Positions 45,301 to 56,901 of a stretch of 64,000 bases of DNA are shown in pieces. The translations under genes and the position numbers were made by a program. Numbering within the stretch: position 1 is the first letter of the stretch; each line of letters starts with the position of its first letter. Origin of the DNA: Raillietiella orientalis (taxonomy: Eukaryota); the NCBI GenBank assembly GCA_036172245.1, contig JAYWIR010000006.1, positions 5,084,001 through 5,148,000 of the forward strand, read 5' to 3'. The notes below the pieces were generated by a model that searched no databases, was not told the DNA's origin, and saw only the letters and a list, made by a program, of their open reading frames with translations.

Positions 45301-48300
45301 TCCATCCGGGTCCCCCTTGGGGGTCCCCCGGATGGACCAGACGCCTCTTCGAGGTCCTCTGGAAGCGAACGGCCAGGTGGACGGCTTCCCCGTCTCACTC
45401 CCTCCCGGTCGCGCGGCGAGGACGCGCAGACGGCAGCAGCGCGTGAAGAGGTACTCAAAGAACGGCTGGAAGGCAGGAAGGGGGCCACTGATGAGAGCAG
45501 CCAGCAGGAGGACATCATGGCCCACGAGCAGGTGCGGACTTCCCTGCTGCCGCCCGGCGCACACAGCACGGGCGCCGCGCTCCCCCCTGGTCCAGTAGGA
45601 CCGGCGAGCGAGCGGGTACCCCCCCCCCCAAGCGAGCCCCCCTCACGAATGCAGCGCTCCAGCAACGCCGACTGCTGGCCCGTCAAGGGAAAGGGTGCGC
45701 CGCCCGCCATCGCCCGCGAACTTGCTCCGGTTGCTGACGGAACAAGACGGTCAAGCACCTGGTTGCGGCTGGCTTGGGCTCGCGTCGGGTGAATTCCGGA
45801 TGCGGCGGTGACCGCAGGGAGGGAGGAGAGGGGGAGAGGGGAGGGAATCTCGTGCTGGGAGGAAGCGCGAGACTTTCGCGTGTGCACTTGCTCACACACA
45901 CGCTCACACGCACCACGCGCGTTCAAAGGGTTTCCTTGATAACGGAGCGAAAGCAAAGCAAGAAGCGAAAACGAGGCGAGATCCGTATTCGACAGGCGTG
46001 CTGCGGGGGCAGGGACGGGGGAGTGGGAGCGAAAATCCTGCCACAGATCTGAATCAGGTGCGCGCAAACTTTTGCGCCCCCTCCGCCCATCGGAAGGGAC
46101 GTCAAGGAGGAGGTGAAGGGGGTAGGGGCATCTCCCGAAGCGAACTTCCGTCCTTCCGCCGAGGCCGGTAGTGCCTTCGCTGGGTGGAAGGCGCCAAAGA
46201 AAAAAGAAAAAAACGGGAGGTGACAGGCGACGGACCAACTCCGCAAAGCTCCCACGGATTCCCAGCTTTCACGAAACAGCAGCTGCGGTGCTCGGCCAAG
46301 TTCCTTCCGCGCGCGGATCCGCTGCGGGGAGAAGCAGCAGCAGCAGCAGCAGCAGCGAGAGAAGCCAGTCGCGAGCCGATGCGGACGCTCGCCCGGCTCA
46401 ATCCACCGACGGGTCTTCTCGCTCCCTTTCCCCCACACACCCCATCCCACCCTCGTCAAACCCTCTTGGATCCAAGCAGTCATTCCATCTGCACGTCAGG
46501 CAAATCAAACCCCATCGCAGAACCTCGGCTCCCCTTCATTTCCCTACGCAAAATAAACGATCGGGAAGATTGCCTTCCGATCATTTCGCCCCGGGTTTTT
46601 TTTCCAGTCGCGGAAAGGATGACGTCGATTTGTAAAAAATTTTTCCCGCTCTCTAACGATGAAAATAAATCCGGATGTCGGTGACTACGACTTCGCGCCG
46701 ATACGCGCACTGGTTCGGAGGATCTGCAGCAGCGTTCCTCCGGCTGCTCTTCTCGCGACTGCAAAGGGAGCCAGTGACCTTAGAATGACGCCCTCGCGCC
46801 AGCCAAGAGTGACCGCGGAAAAATTGGCGGGAGACTCGGCGAAACGGGGGGAAAACGAAAATTCAACCAAGAAGTTTGCCGATCTGCGGCGAGCAGCCGA
46901 ACGGAACATCCTTGGTGATTCCCGCTGTCCTCAAGGATTCCCGCTGGATTGCCCGCCGATCGGGAGATCGTTGGCGCTGGTTGCTCTGGCGACGGCGACG
47001 TGGTGGAGCGCGCGCTCAGGCACCGGCCTGCCTGCCTGCCACCTGGGTGCTTTTGCGCGAGTCACGGGCTGAAACAAAGCGCCCCCACCTCCCTCCCTTC
47101 CCCACCCCCCTTCATTCCACAGGAAGCAGGAAATCAATTGATCTCAGGCGGACAACACCGAAGGAGTTGCGTGTTCCGGTCGCAAATTCACAACACGTTG
47201 TTGCGTCCTCTCTCATTCTGACGAAGGAATGGCAGACACGAAATCAGTGGGTGAAAGCGGACGGCCCCACGGGGGCGGGTTCGACGTGGGGTGCTTGCAG
47301 TAGGTGACTGCAACAGCAACAACAACAAAAAAAAAAGTTCCATTTTTCGCGATACCCGTTAGAAACTTGGGATCTCTACAAAGAACGGAGTCTCGAGTAC
47401 TTTGTCACGGTGGCATCCCAGAAACACGAAGCAACAATGACGATGATGACGATGGTGACTTTTCTTTAAAGGGTTTCAAAGGGAAAGTTAAACGCAAAGC
47501 CAGCTTCCATTCTTTCTTTAAAGAGAAGTCACGCGCGGTTGTGCGACACGAAAGTATCTGGAATGACTACCTCTCGAAAGTTCCCCTGAGCGGGATTCAT
47601 GGGGCGCCTGATGTATTTTCAGCACCAGTGCTTGTGCATTCGAAAAGATGTCATTTATTAGTCAAATAACTCAAGGGCTCACTCGGTGCTGGAAGGGGGA
47701 CTGCTGGTACTACAAACGCGAGATCTTTGACGCTTTCTTTTCAGTACGCAGGGGCTGAGACAGGAGGCGAGCGCGATTTCCAGCGACTTCATCATAGGAT
47801 CCATCTTTTGACGAATCCATAGTGCCATCACTTCCGTGCTTTCATCTTGAAAAAAGAAAAGAGCATACAAAGGGGGACCTCTTCTTCTCAACAGCAACGA
47901 AAAAGGATGCCACTGTCCTTTACCTCATCCGCGAACGTGAACTGCGGGAGAAAATGCCGAACGTCCAGATTGCGCTTTACGACCTTGTAAACTCTCAGCC
48001 GTCCTCCCACTTTTCGTCGTCTGCGTGAAATGTCACGCACTTTCGTGATTTAAGAACGAGGTTCATCCGCGGAAGCACCACGTGACAAATGCCCCCGATC
48101 CCCCAAACACGATGTTCTCCCGGCCGCGAACTGGTCATCAAAAGTACAATGCCACGTGAGTGAAGCGCTGGACTTAAATATCTCCATGAATCATTGCTGA
48201 CGCGATGACGCAATAAATCATCGTCGACGCGGTTTCCACCTTCTCGGATTTCGCAATGTTTGAAAACTGGACAACTCCGTTACCAAGGAAATTTCACACG

Positions 48301-48413
48301 TTCGAAAACAGGCGGAGCGACCGCCGACCTCTTTCAAGTTCTCATTACAAAGTGGAAAATTCCCGTGATTGGGTTACGCGATCTTTCTCCTTCCTTTCTT
48401 TCTTTCTTTTTTG

Positions 48414-48416
<3 letters not shown>

Positions 48417-48490
<74 letters not shown>
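48417..48490. repeat. Compound microsatellite (CT)17(GT)20
   Basis: Directly visible. Confidence 0.97.
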
Positions 48491-48495
<5 letters not shown>

Positions 48496-49379
48496 CCCCC
48501 CCCCCTTTTTTCCCCCCTGCTGTTTTTGAGATATCCGGACAAGTGCGCTGGAACCGTCCTGCGCGTTCACGCGATGCCCGACGCAGCCATTTCCTCGAGG
48601 CAGAAGCACTTGCGCGGCTCACGTGAGCTCATTGCGTTCATCACGCTTACGTGAGTTCATCTCCATTTTTATTGGAACGAAAGCGCATCCGATTGTCCGC
48701 CTTTCTTGCGGAAAGATGAGGAGGAGGAGCGGGGACATGCATTTCCGAGCGCTGGGGGAGCGCGAAGACCAGGACCATTCTCGAACCGTTGCGAATCGGG
48801 GGAGCCTGCCTCTTCCCTGCTGCCGTCGCCGCTTCCCGCTTCCGACCTCACGCCCCCCCCCCGAGAGCCGACGAGTCCTCACCGCTCCGTCCGCGCCCCT
48901 CGCGAAACCGGACGGCGGGGGAAGCGGCGGAAGCCCCTGGCGGAAACAACCGAAATCCTCCTGGGAGGAAGCTCACGGGTCTCACACACGCGGGCACGGT
49001 GGCGTCCCCTCTCCGAGAGATCGGATGGCCGCGCAGGAGGGAAGAGGTCGCGTCTTCCTCTGACCCGGGGCACCGAGAGGGTTCCATTTCCTCTCTCCCT
49101 TGCACCGCTGCGCGCCCCGTGGCTTGGAATGTGTGTTCTGGTGTGGTCGAGGACGAAAAGGCGGGCCCTCCATATCCCCCCCCCCATCACCACCACCGTG
49201 GCTCCGAGCAAAAGGGGGGGGAGTAGGCAGAGGCGGTGGCGCAAACTGGCGCACGCGTGAGTACGACGCTTCCACGGTGCTTTACGGCGGCGGGCGAAAT
49301 GGATGAAGGGTGTGCGCGCGTGTGCGCTCTGCACGTCCTCCACCTCCTCCGCCCTACTCCCCTTCCTTTCCCAGCAATG

Positions 49380-49600
49380 ATCCCACGCACCCGCGGAGGC
49401 AGCAGTAGCCTCCCGTGGGTTCCCAGGACCGCTACCGAAGAAGGGACACTCGAGGGCCCTGGGAACGGCAGCGAGGATCTCGGAGAAACAAAAGACTTCA
49501 AGTGGGCACATGCGGATGCTGAAGTTCGATTGGTCCGGAAGGGACGCAACGGCATCTGGGAGCTTGCCATCCCCATCCCATCACGGGAGAAACAGAAGGA
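49380..49600 (+). mobile_element. Possible decayed non-LTR retrotransposon ORF1 (gag-like) fragment
   Basis: LPWVPRTATEEGTLE..AEVRLVRKGRNGIWELAIPIP loosely resembles the RRM-like region before the zinc knuckles of R1/Jockey/I-type ORF1. Similar wording at ~45090-45140 (-, GRRGIQTVRLAIPI) and ~43940 (+, RRCKRGLKESALP). Weak evidence. Confidence 0.25.
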
Positions 49601-52564
49601 GGCGAAGGGAAGAGAGATGGGAGGGAAAGGGCCGGGGATAGGTGTGCGTAAGCGGTCCGTCTACCCGAAGCCCACGCCGTCACTGCGCCCCCCCCAAATC
49701 ACTAGCGCCCTGACTCCCCCGAAACGGGACCAATCCCCTTCGGGGCACGATGCTACCCTTTCTTCGGAAACAAGGAAGCTTTCCCCACCGACCGCGAGCG
49801 AATGCGCGTGAGTTCAGCGCCATCTCTCCACCAACGCTCGAACCTTCGCCTCCGTTCGAGACAGTGCGCCGCCTTCCGCGAGAAGGTGAACTCAGCGCTC
49901 CCCTTTTCTTTTTCCCTCCTCCGGCCCGCTCTCTTGCGCAAGAGCGACCGAGCGCGCGCGGATCCCGCGGATGCGTCCGCCGCACCCCCTGCCTCCCTTC
50001 TCTCCCTACCCGAAACCGGCTTCCCGACCACTTCCTTGACAGCACATCAGGTCGGGTTTCTTTTGCTCCCACTCGGGAGAGGAGCGCAGGGGACGTCAGG
50101 GGGAGTTTAAAGCGAGGGCGCGGGGAGAAAAGAAGAGGGTTCGCTTCCACCTCTCACCCTTCTTTCCACTGTGTCCCTCTGCGAGATCGCGCGGGAATCG
50201 GCAGGGAAGGCGGGAGAGGAGTGGGGAGAAAGAGAGGTGCCTTTGGTTGAGAGGGACTATCGCCGCGGAGACGGAAATTGTCTCCTCCTTTTCTCCCTGC
50301 CCTTTCCCTTTCCCACTCCTTTCTTTTTCGCCTGGAGAGAGGGGGGAGGGGGAGGGGGGATGGGACGACGACGAACGCTGGAGTGACGGGTCTGGCAGCA
50401 GAGCCCTCTGGAGGCACGCCGGTGATGGCGGAACCATTCGATCAGGAGAAGAGAAAAAGAGGGAGGGGGGGAGGGCGGAAACTCTGCCGCCGCCCCGATT
50501 CGAATCGATCGCGTGCATTCCGTAAGTCTTCGGGATTGGAAGAGTCCGGAGCGGCGCCGTTCTCCCGGTCTCTCGGAAGGGAGGGGAGCACACGAGATGA
50601 GGCTGCTTCCTCCTCGGACGCTGCTGGGGCGGAGGAGAACGGGGGAGGGAAGAACCCGATTAGCCCCTGCCGCGAGGGACACCTCCGAGGCTCCTGTGTG
50701 GTCCCCTCAACGAAAGAGGGAGAGGGTGGGGGTGCGGGAGGCAGACCCCTGAGGGATGCGCGCTAACTCGGAGGTGGCACCGAGCGGACCGACCTGCGCC
50801 GCAGAGAAGCCCTGACGTAGCGTTACGGTCTTCCCCTTCCCCCTCTCCCTCCGCTGACACATCGACCACCGAGGAAGGGCGCACCGACGAAGAGGAGAGA
50901 CACGCGCGAAGACGCGCGCGAGAGAGACAGAGAGGGGAAGGGGAAGGACTGCGCATATCTCGGGCGGCAACCACTACGCGGAGATTGCCCCCGCGCAAGA
51001 GAAACCCGTAAACGTACGCCCCCCGTGACCGAACCTTCGCTCTGAGGCACGACACAACCTGCGGGAGGGAGAACCAGGTTTCCGGCGCCCGTCCCTTCCT
51101 GGGGAGGTGGGCACTGGGGCACGCTCGCACGAGGGGGTGGGGGAAGGAGGGAAGAGAAAGGGAGAGAACGAGTGCGGAACAGGCGGGCCAAGCTTGCTGG
51201 GAATGGGGAGGGCTGGGAACTCTCGAAGGTCCCGTTCGTCATCGCTTTCCATAACCGCTCTTTTGACACGGACACACCCAGAATCCGCGCCTCCGACCGG
51301 GCTAATGTCCGGAGGGTTTTTCTCTCCTTCTCCCCATTTTCCTTCGCAATTTGGTTAAATAGCGGAAGACCGGGCGAGAGAGAAACTCGCGTACTGAAAG
51401 CCGCAAGGGCGCACCGCGCTCAAAGCCAGTGGTGACTGCTGTCAACCGCCAATCGCCCTACCTACGCCCTGCAAGCGTTTCCCGTTCGTGTGCTAAAGAT
51501 CGATTTCATATTACCTTGCTTGCCAAACACCTTACGATAAAATAAAATGAAATGCAACACAGCGCCTGCATTTGGGGATACCGTCCCTTTACCGTTCGGT
51601 TCCCTCAAGTTGCGCCAGGTCCACGAGCCACCCCATGCCACCTGATCGCCGACGCCTAGGCATCCTCACTTTGCTTTCCGTTTTACTGTTGTTCTTATTA
51701 TTTCTTTGTTCGTTGTGCGATGTTTTGTTCACACGGGGAAAGAGCGACTGAACGCGGACAGACGGAAAAACCTCCGCATCTGCAGAGAGGCGAAATTCAC
51801 CGTCGCTCCCACTGACACTTCCATTGTTGGCCTCCTCGTTTGAAATTTCGCCTCGCAACGGAAACGTCACCAGGACAACGAGCCGCTCGCCCACGAGCGA
51901 GAGACCCTTTGTTGGAGACGAGGGAAGGTGAATCGCGTCGGTCCCGAGCCGGAAGGAATCCGCGCGTTACCCGGAAAACTTCCACAAAGTCGAACCCCCC
52001 CGCCTGAGGCCATCTTCCCAACTCCAGCCTCCAGACCGCATCCCTAGAGGATACACTGCCGGATGCAAGAGTGCGAGATGGATGCAACACTCTACACGCT
52101 GCTCCGGAACCGACTTTCTTCGTTCTTGATGAAATGGATGCGCTTTCCGATACCGAGTTTTTTTTTTTTTTTTCCTTTTTTACCAAAACAAAAAAAAAAG
52201 AGAGAGAGAGAGAGTAGGAGAACGCAAAGAAGAAGAACATGCGCACGTCACAAGACCCGCTGAAGACCGGCCGCCAACTCCTCTGAGTTGAACGCAGCTG
52301 GAAACCCTGAGTCTTCCGGCTAGAACGTCAGTTGCAAGCAGCCAGGCTGGTTTCGAATCGCAGTCGGAAACACCAAATATCCAAACAGATCACGTGCGCT
52401 GTTTCCATGAGAGGTTTTCTTCTCCAAGCTCGTTGCTGGGCTCCACTTGCGCGCGTAGAGACAGGGGAAAAAGCGCCAGGTTCCTTGGGGAAACACCAGC
52501 ATGATCTTTCGTAAAGCAGTGGCTAAACAGAAATTTATTGTCATTTGCTCACATTCTGGATAGT

Positions 52565-52568
<4 letters not shown>

Positions 52569-52598
<30 letters not shown>
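52569..52598. repeat. (TC)15 microsatellite
   Basis: Directly visible. Confidence 0.95.
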
Positions 52599-52602
<4 letters not shown>

Positions 52603-53244
52603 TCATTTCCCCCTGTATACCAATAGGACTGACAGCAGACGGAGCTGATCGCAGACTTCCCCGCCGCCACGAAACAACGAGGTGAAGTAGTTGTTGTTGT
52701 TGCGGTAGTCGTTTTTCTTTTTTGTTGCTGTTGTTTTCTGTGTGTGTACCTTTTTCCCGTCTTGCTGACACTTGTAACGATTTTTACTTCGTGCGCACCA
52801 CGGCCTTCCAGGGTCCGGAACCTGCTTCCGGTCACGAAAATGTCCGGGTTGTGGAAAGGAAAAGACCACAGGAAGGAAAGGGCAGAAACTGCTGCACAGA
52901 ACGGGCGCCTGTTTCCAGTCTTCCTCTCGGGATGCATCTTTGGAGTTGCGGTCTCAAGTCTTCGGCTGGGCTGCTGCTTCAGCCTCACGGACCTGAAGAT
53001 GCACGCACCATGCACGTATGCTGGAATCGCAATCACTTCCTCGACTTACACAGCTCGCGGTTTCCCTTCCGGAACTCGGCCTGAGCAACTTTCCAAGCCC
53101 GCCCCGGGGCGTGATTTCTGGGGACGCAAACATCCAGGGAGAGCACACACGCCACCTGCTCTCTCTCCATATTAACACGGGTTTGCAGAACAATCCATTA
53201 CTTCCAGTCGTTTTAAAACCAATTAACAAGTAACGCCCTCACTG

Positions 53245-53358
53245 ATATTTATCAGTAACCGATACCGACGAGGGACCGCTGTCTCCTTCCTCTGAAGCTT
53301 CAAAGAAAGGAGGAGGGAAAGGGGGAGGGGTGAACACCACAGCATTTATTATAAACTT
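53245..53358. repeat. Direct repeat copy 1 (114 bp), containing minus-strand AATAAA at 53345-53350
   Basis: Matches 55480-55591 apart from 4 transitions and one 2-nt indel. Confidence 0.95.
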
Positions 53359-53429
53359 TACGAAGTATTCTGAATATCCGTGATACGTTGGCGGAACAAT
53401 TGCAAGATAAATGGGTGCGAACCCGCATG

Positions 53430-53486
53430 GTTGAAAGACCAAAACTGGATGAGACCAGGCAAGTTGAAAGATCAAAACTGGATGAG
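53430..53486. repeat. Short tandem duplication (24-bp unit, 33-bp period) in the 3' UTR of the coiled-coil gene
   Basis: gttgaaagaccaaaactggatgag (53430-53453) and gttgaaagatcaaaactggatgag (53463-53486). Confidence 0.9.
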
Positions 53487-53503
53487 TTACCCTGCAGCCC
53501 GTG

Positions 53504-54529
53504 TCATTTTCTCGACTGCCTCTTGGAAGGTTGACACGGCGCTTTCTCATTAGCGAGAGCAGCAGGGTTCGATCCCGTTTCCGGAAGCTGATGCAGACGC
53601 GTCAGAACAGACTGAAGGTCTGCAGCCCAATTACTGCAATTCAGGGAGTGAGACAGGGCATCTCGCGTTCTTCCTACCAGCTGCGTTGTCTGAACATCGT
53701 GATTTCTTGCTGCTTCGAAGAGCACTCCAGTCTAAGCGAGTGGTTCTCATTCGTCAGCTTCTTCAGCATGGCTTTCGCTTCCTGCTGCACCCATTGGCAA
53801 AAAAGGGGGGGAGGGGAAAAAGGCATTCGAAAATCACACACGGCATCTTACAACATCCTTCCGGAGCCGAACCAGATCCGCATCACGGGTTTCCAGATCG
53901 ATCCGCAACCTATTGTTCTGCTCAGTTAGAAAGGCATTTTGCTTGAGGGTCTGGGCTAACTGCCTGGGCAAAAAATAAGGACATGGCAAAAGAAAGGTTC
54001 CCGAAGCGAACCTATCGGTGGATTCGTTTTCTTGGCGTAGTTCTTCGAATTGCCCTCGTAACGTGCACACGGCCTGGCTCAGTTCCGCCTGCAAAGGGCC
54101 ATCGTCAGAGTCCGAGCATTCCGGGATAGCGCCGCCACGTTGATTTGCAGGGCCCCTCCTGCAGACTTCACAGGCTTCCTTCTTTTTCGGAGGTCGGGAG
54201 ACACAGACGGGGTCCGACGCCACCTTCCTGCGGTTGTCGGATCTCCTCTGGGATGGTTTCGTGTGCTTCGTGAGCGGGTGATCCCCGGAGGATCGGCAAG
54301 TGTCCACTGCAGCAGTGCCCCTCCGGGAATCAGCAGCAGTCAGCTGATTCCTGGCTTTTGCAGCCAGTCGATTCTGGGTGCCCTGCCCGTTCGATCCGCC
54401 ATCCAAAGCTGTCGCGCGCTTTTGGAAAGCATCAACATCGGACGGCACGGGGCGCGAATGGAGAACATCAGTCAGCAAAGTGCGAAGAGCATCTTCGAAA
54501 ATTTTCAATTTATCTTCAAACTCGGCCAT
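53504..54529 (-). CDS. Unrecognised spliced protein with C-terminal coiled coil, about 288 aa; 5' end unresolved
   Basis: Exons 54529-54012, 53963-53852, 53784-53678, 53633-53504 joined by GT-AG introns of 48, 67 and 44 nt, all phase-consistent and sized like the other introns in this window. Heptad-like LQAELSQAVCTLRGQFEELRQENESTDRQLAQTLKQNAFLTEQNNRLRIDLETRDADLVRLRKDVQEAKAMLKKLTNENHSLRLECSSKQQEI. AATAAA about 150 nt after the stop. Confidence 0.7.
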
Positions 54530-55479
54530 CGAGATGGACACGAACAGAGGTCACGTGACGAGTTAACAGGCCTCTCGGAGGGATACTGGCGAGCTTCTTC
54601 CAGTACTTTGATCTTCTAGGACATCTGAGTCATCCAAAGTCGAGAGAACACCATTTGCAGAAGGCAGCTCGTCTTCCCTAATGAAAATAACAGAAAATTC
54701 GAAAATTACACGCAGATAATTATTTTGACCGACGCAGGGATTCGCGGGCTGGCAGCAGATCCGACCGATCGGCACACGTCAGACGTTTTTACGATGAGCG
54801 ACAGAACGGGCGAACAACACACAACAACAGTGTTCTGCAAACACTACGAAACGATGGGTTCATGCGAGTGAGACAGCATCGCACATACGATCTGAAGAGG
54901 ACGGCCAGGCCGACTTGCCCGCGCCGAACCACGATCCCGACATTTCATGAAAGGTCTTTCCGAAACGTTCAGCATTATCCTGGAAATGTTCTAGGGGACA
55001 GGGAAGGCAGAGGATGACTGAATTCATGTTACATTACAGTTACAGTACCCAATGCAAGACCTGACGATCAATGCAAGACGATCAAGTTTTTCAAAAGTGC
55101 GGTAAGTTACAACCTCAGATACCGCCATGGATCCAGTAACCCCCCGAAACGCTTCCCATGACGACAGAAAGGTCTGCTTAACAACCCTAGGTACCCTAGG
55201 GATAGAGTTTAAAGACGTGCAATAAAAAAAAAAAAAGAAATCATGAGAAATCTTAGAAGAAAAAAAAAAAAAAAAGAAGCACGAAAGAATTCCGTTGCAT
55301 TCCTCAACTTATAATGCGATGTCTACTCTAATGTTACTCATGAGACATCGACACAATACCGGTGCAGAGGCATCCAAGAAATGCTACTTACTACGCAGTG
55401 ACAGAGTTTAATCATCGTGGATTCCGAATAGCAAGTTTATCAGATTGAAGAAAACAAATGTCTGGATTATCCGTGCATA

Positions 55480-55591
55480 ATATTTATCAGCAACCGATAC
55501 CAACGAGGAACCGCTCTCCTTCCTCTGAAGCTTCAAAGAAAGGAGGAGGGAAAGGGGGAGGGATGAACACCACAGCATTTATTATAAACTT
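55480..55591. repeat. Direct repeat copy 2 (112 bp), containing minus-strand AATAAA at 55578-55583
   Basis: Matches 53245-53358; offset 2235 bp. Confidence 0.95.
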
Positions 55592-56087
55592 GTCTATGGC
55601 GTATTGTTATCAATGTACATGCATTCTTGCAAAATTGAGACACATAAAAAATTCACTCCGATGAACGTAATACACCTCACATTATTTCTACAAATACTAT
55701 AGGATGATTCACAAATGCAGGGTTCCTAAAAATGCTAAAAGGAAGACAAGCACGGAAATGATCGATCTCTTATTTTGAAAGATTAGCATTCTTCCTCTCC
55801 CAAAATGATGAAATTCAAAACTTTACTGAAATTCAATTTTTCTGTGACAGTGATATCCTATTTAAAAAACGAAATTTAGATATCTTCACATTTTGAGGCA
55901 CAGGAAAATCATCAGTACTTAATAAAGCCTTAAAACTGGATCCGATCTTTCATTTGGGATTTATTGCATACCCAATGAAAACAAGTTTCCCTCTTCAAAA
56001 ATGGCAATTCCTATGATTAATCAGACTACCAAGGAGAAAAGCAAACACAAACCTAATTAAAATTTCATTTAAAGAAATACAAGTTTA

Positions 56088-56115
56088 TGATGCTTCACTT
56101 TATTGTGAAGCATCA
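56088..56115 (-). other. Perfect 11-bp hairpin whose 6-nt loop is AATAAA on the minus strand
   Basis: Minus strand reads TGATGCTTCAC-AATAAA-GTGAAGCATCA. Confidence 0.6.
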
Positions 56116-56901
56116 GATCAAATGATGAAAGGAGAATTGCATTTCTTACTAATGACCTTAACTCAGACTTTATAACCTTAACAAAGCAACCAACACTGAC
56201 CACATAGCTCAGTACTGTGAATTACATTGAACACTCTTTGGTTTCTTCTAATTATTGTTCCAACTACATTATTGTTCCAACGAACAAGTTCCACAAGCTA
56301 TATGACACTTTCAATGAAACTCTATTAAAAACAGGTGCAATAGAGCACTAAAAGTGGATTTAAAGCTCTTTCAGTCTCAATGCTGTATTTTTGTGTTTGT
56401 TTCAAGAATAGTACTTAAAACATCAAGATAAACAAAAAAATTCCAAATGAACTCTGGACCAAACATTAAAAAGTTAATTCCCTAAAGTCCATTTTAAATT
56501 GTTACAATGCATTTCCACATTGTGCTTTTCAAGTGTAAAATTTTCCTTAATGCAGCAAATTTAATTCCGCAAAATTTGTGCATACCAAGCATGTGCTTCA
56601 TACAAAAATAATTTATAAATAACTAAAGATCAACTACATTAAAGCACCAGTTGCTTTACTACACAGCAAACATTTGCACTAACTACACACCCTCAAAATG
56701 ATTTCAAGACAATAAAATGATTGAAAAAAGAATAACGCATTAACATGAAGCAATCCTCTGAAAAATCAGTGAATAAATTGCAGCCTTTCCACTTTAACTT
56801 GAAATGCAGAATCCATTAATATGGCTTATGGAATCAAAACAAAGTAATCGTAAACATAGATACTGCATAACACAAAAATCCTAAAATCAGGAGCAACTTA
56901 C

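Noticed and set aside
53565..53578. GGTTCGATCCC, tRNA T-loop-like sequence
   Set aside because: No cloverleaf or A-box context; lies antisense within a coding exon.
53245..55591. Interpretation as an LTR retrotransposon or TRIM
   Set aside because: Repeats lack TG..CA ends, I saw no PBS or target-site duplication, and the interior is an intron-containing gene without gag/pol motifs.
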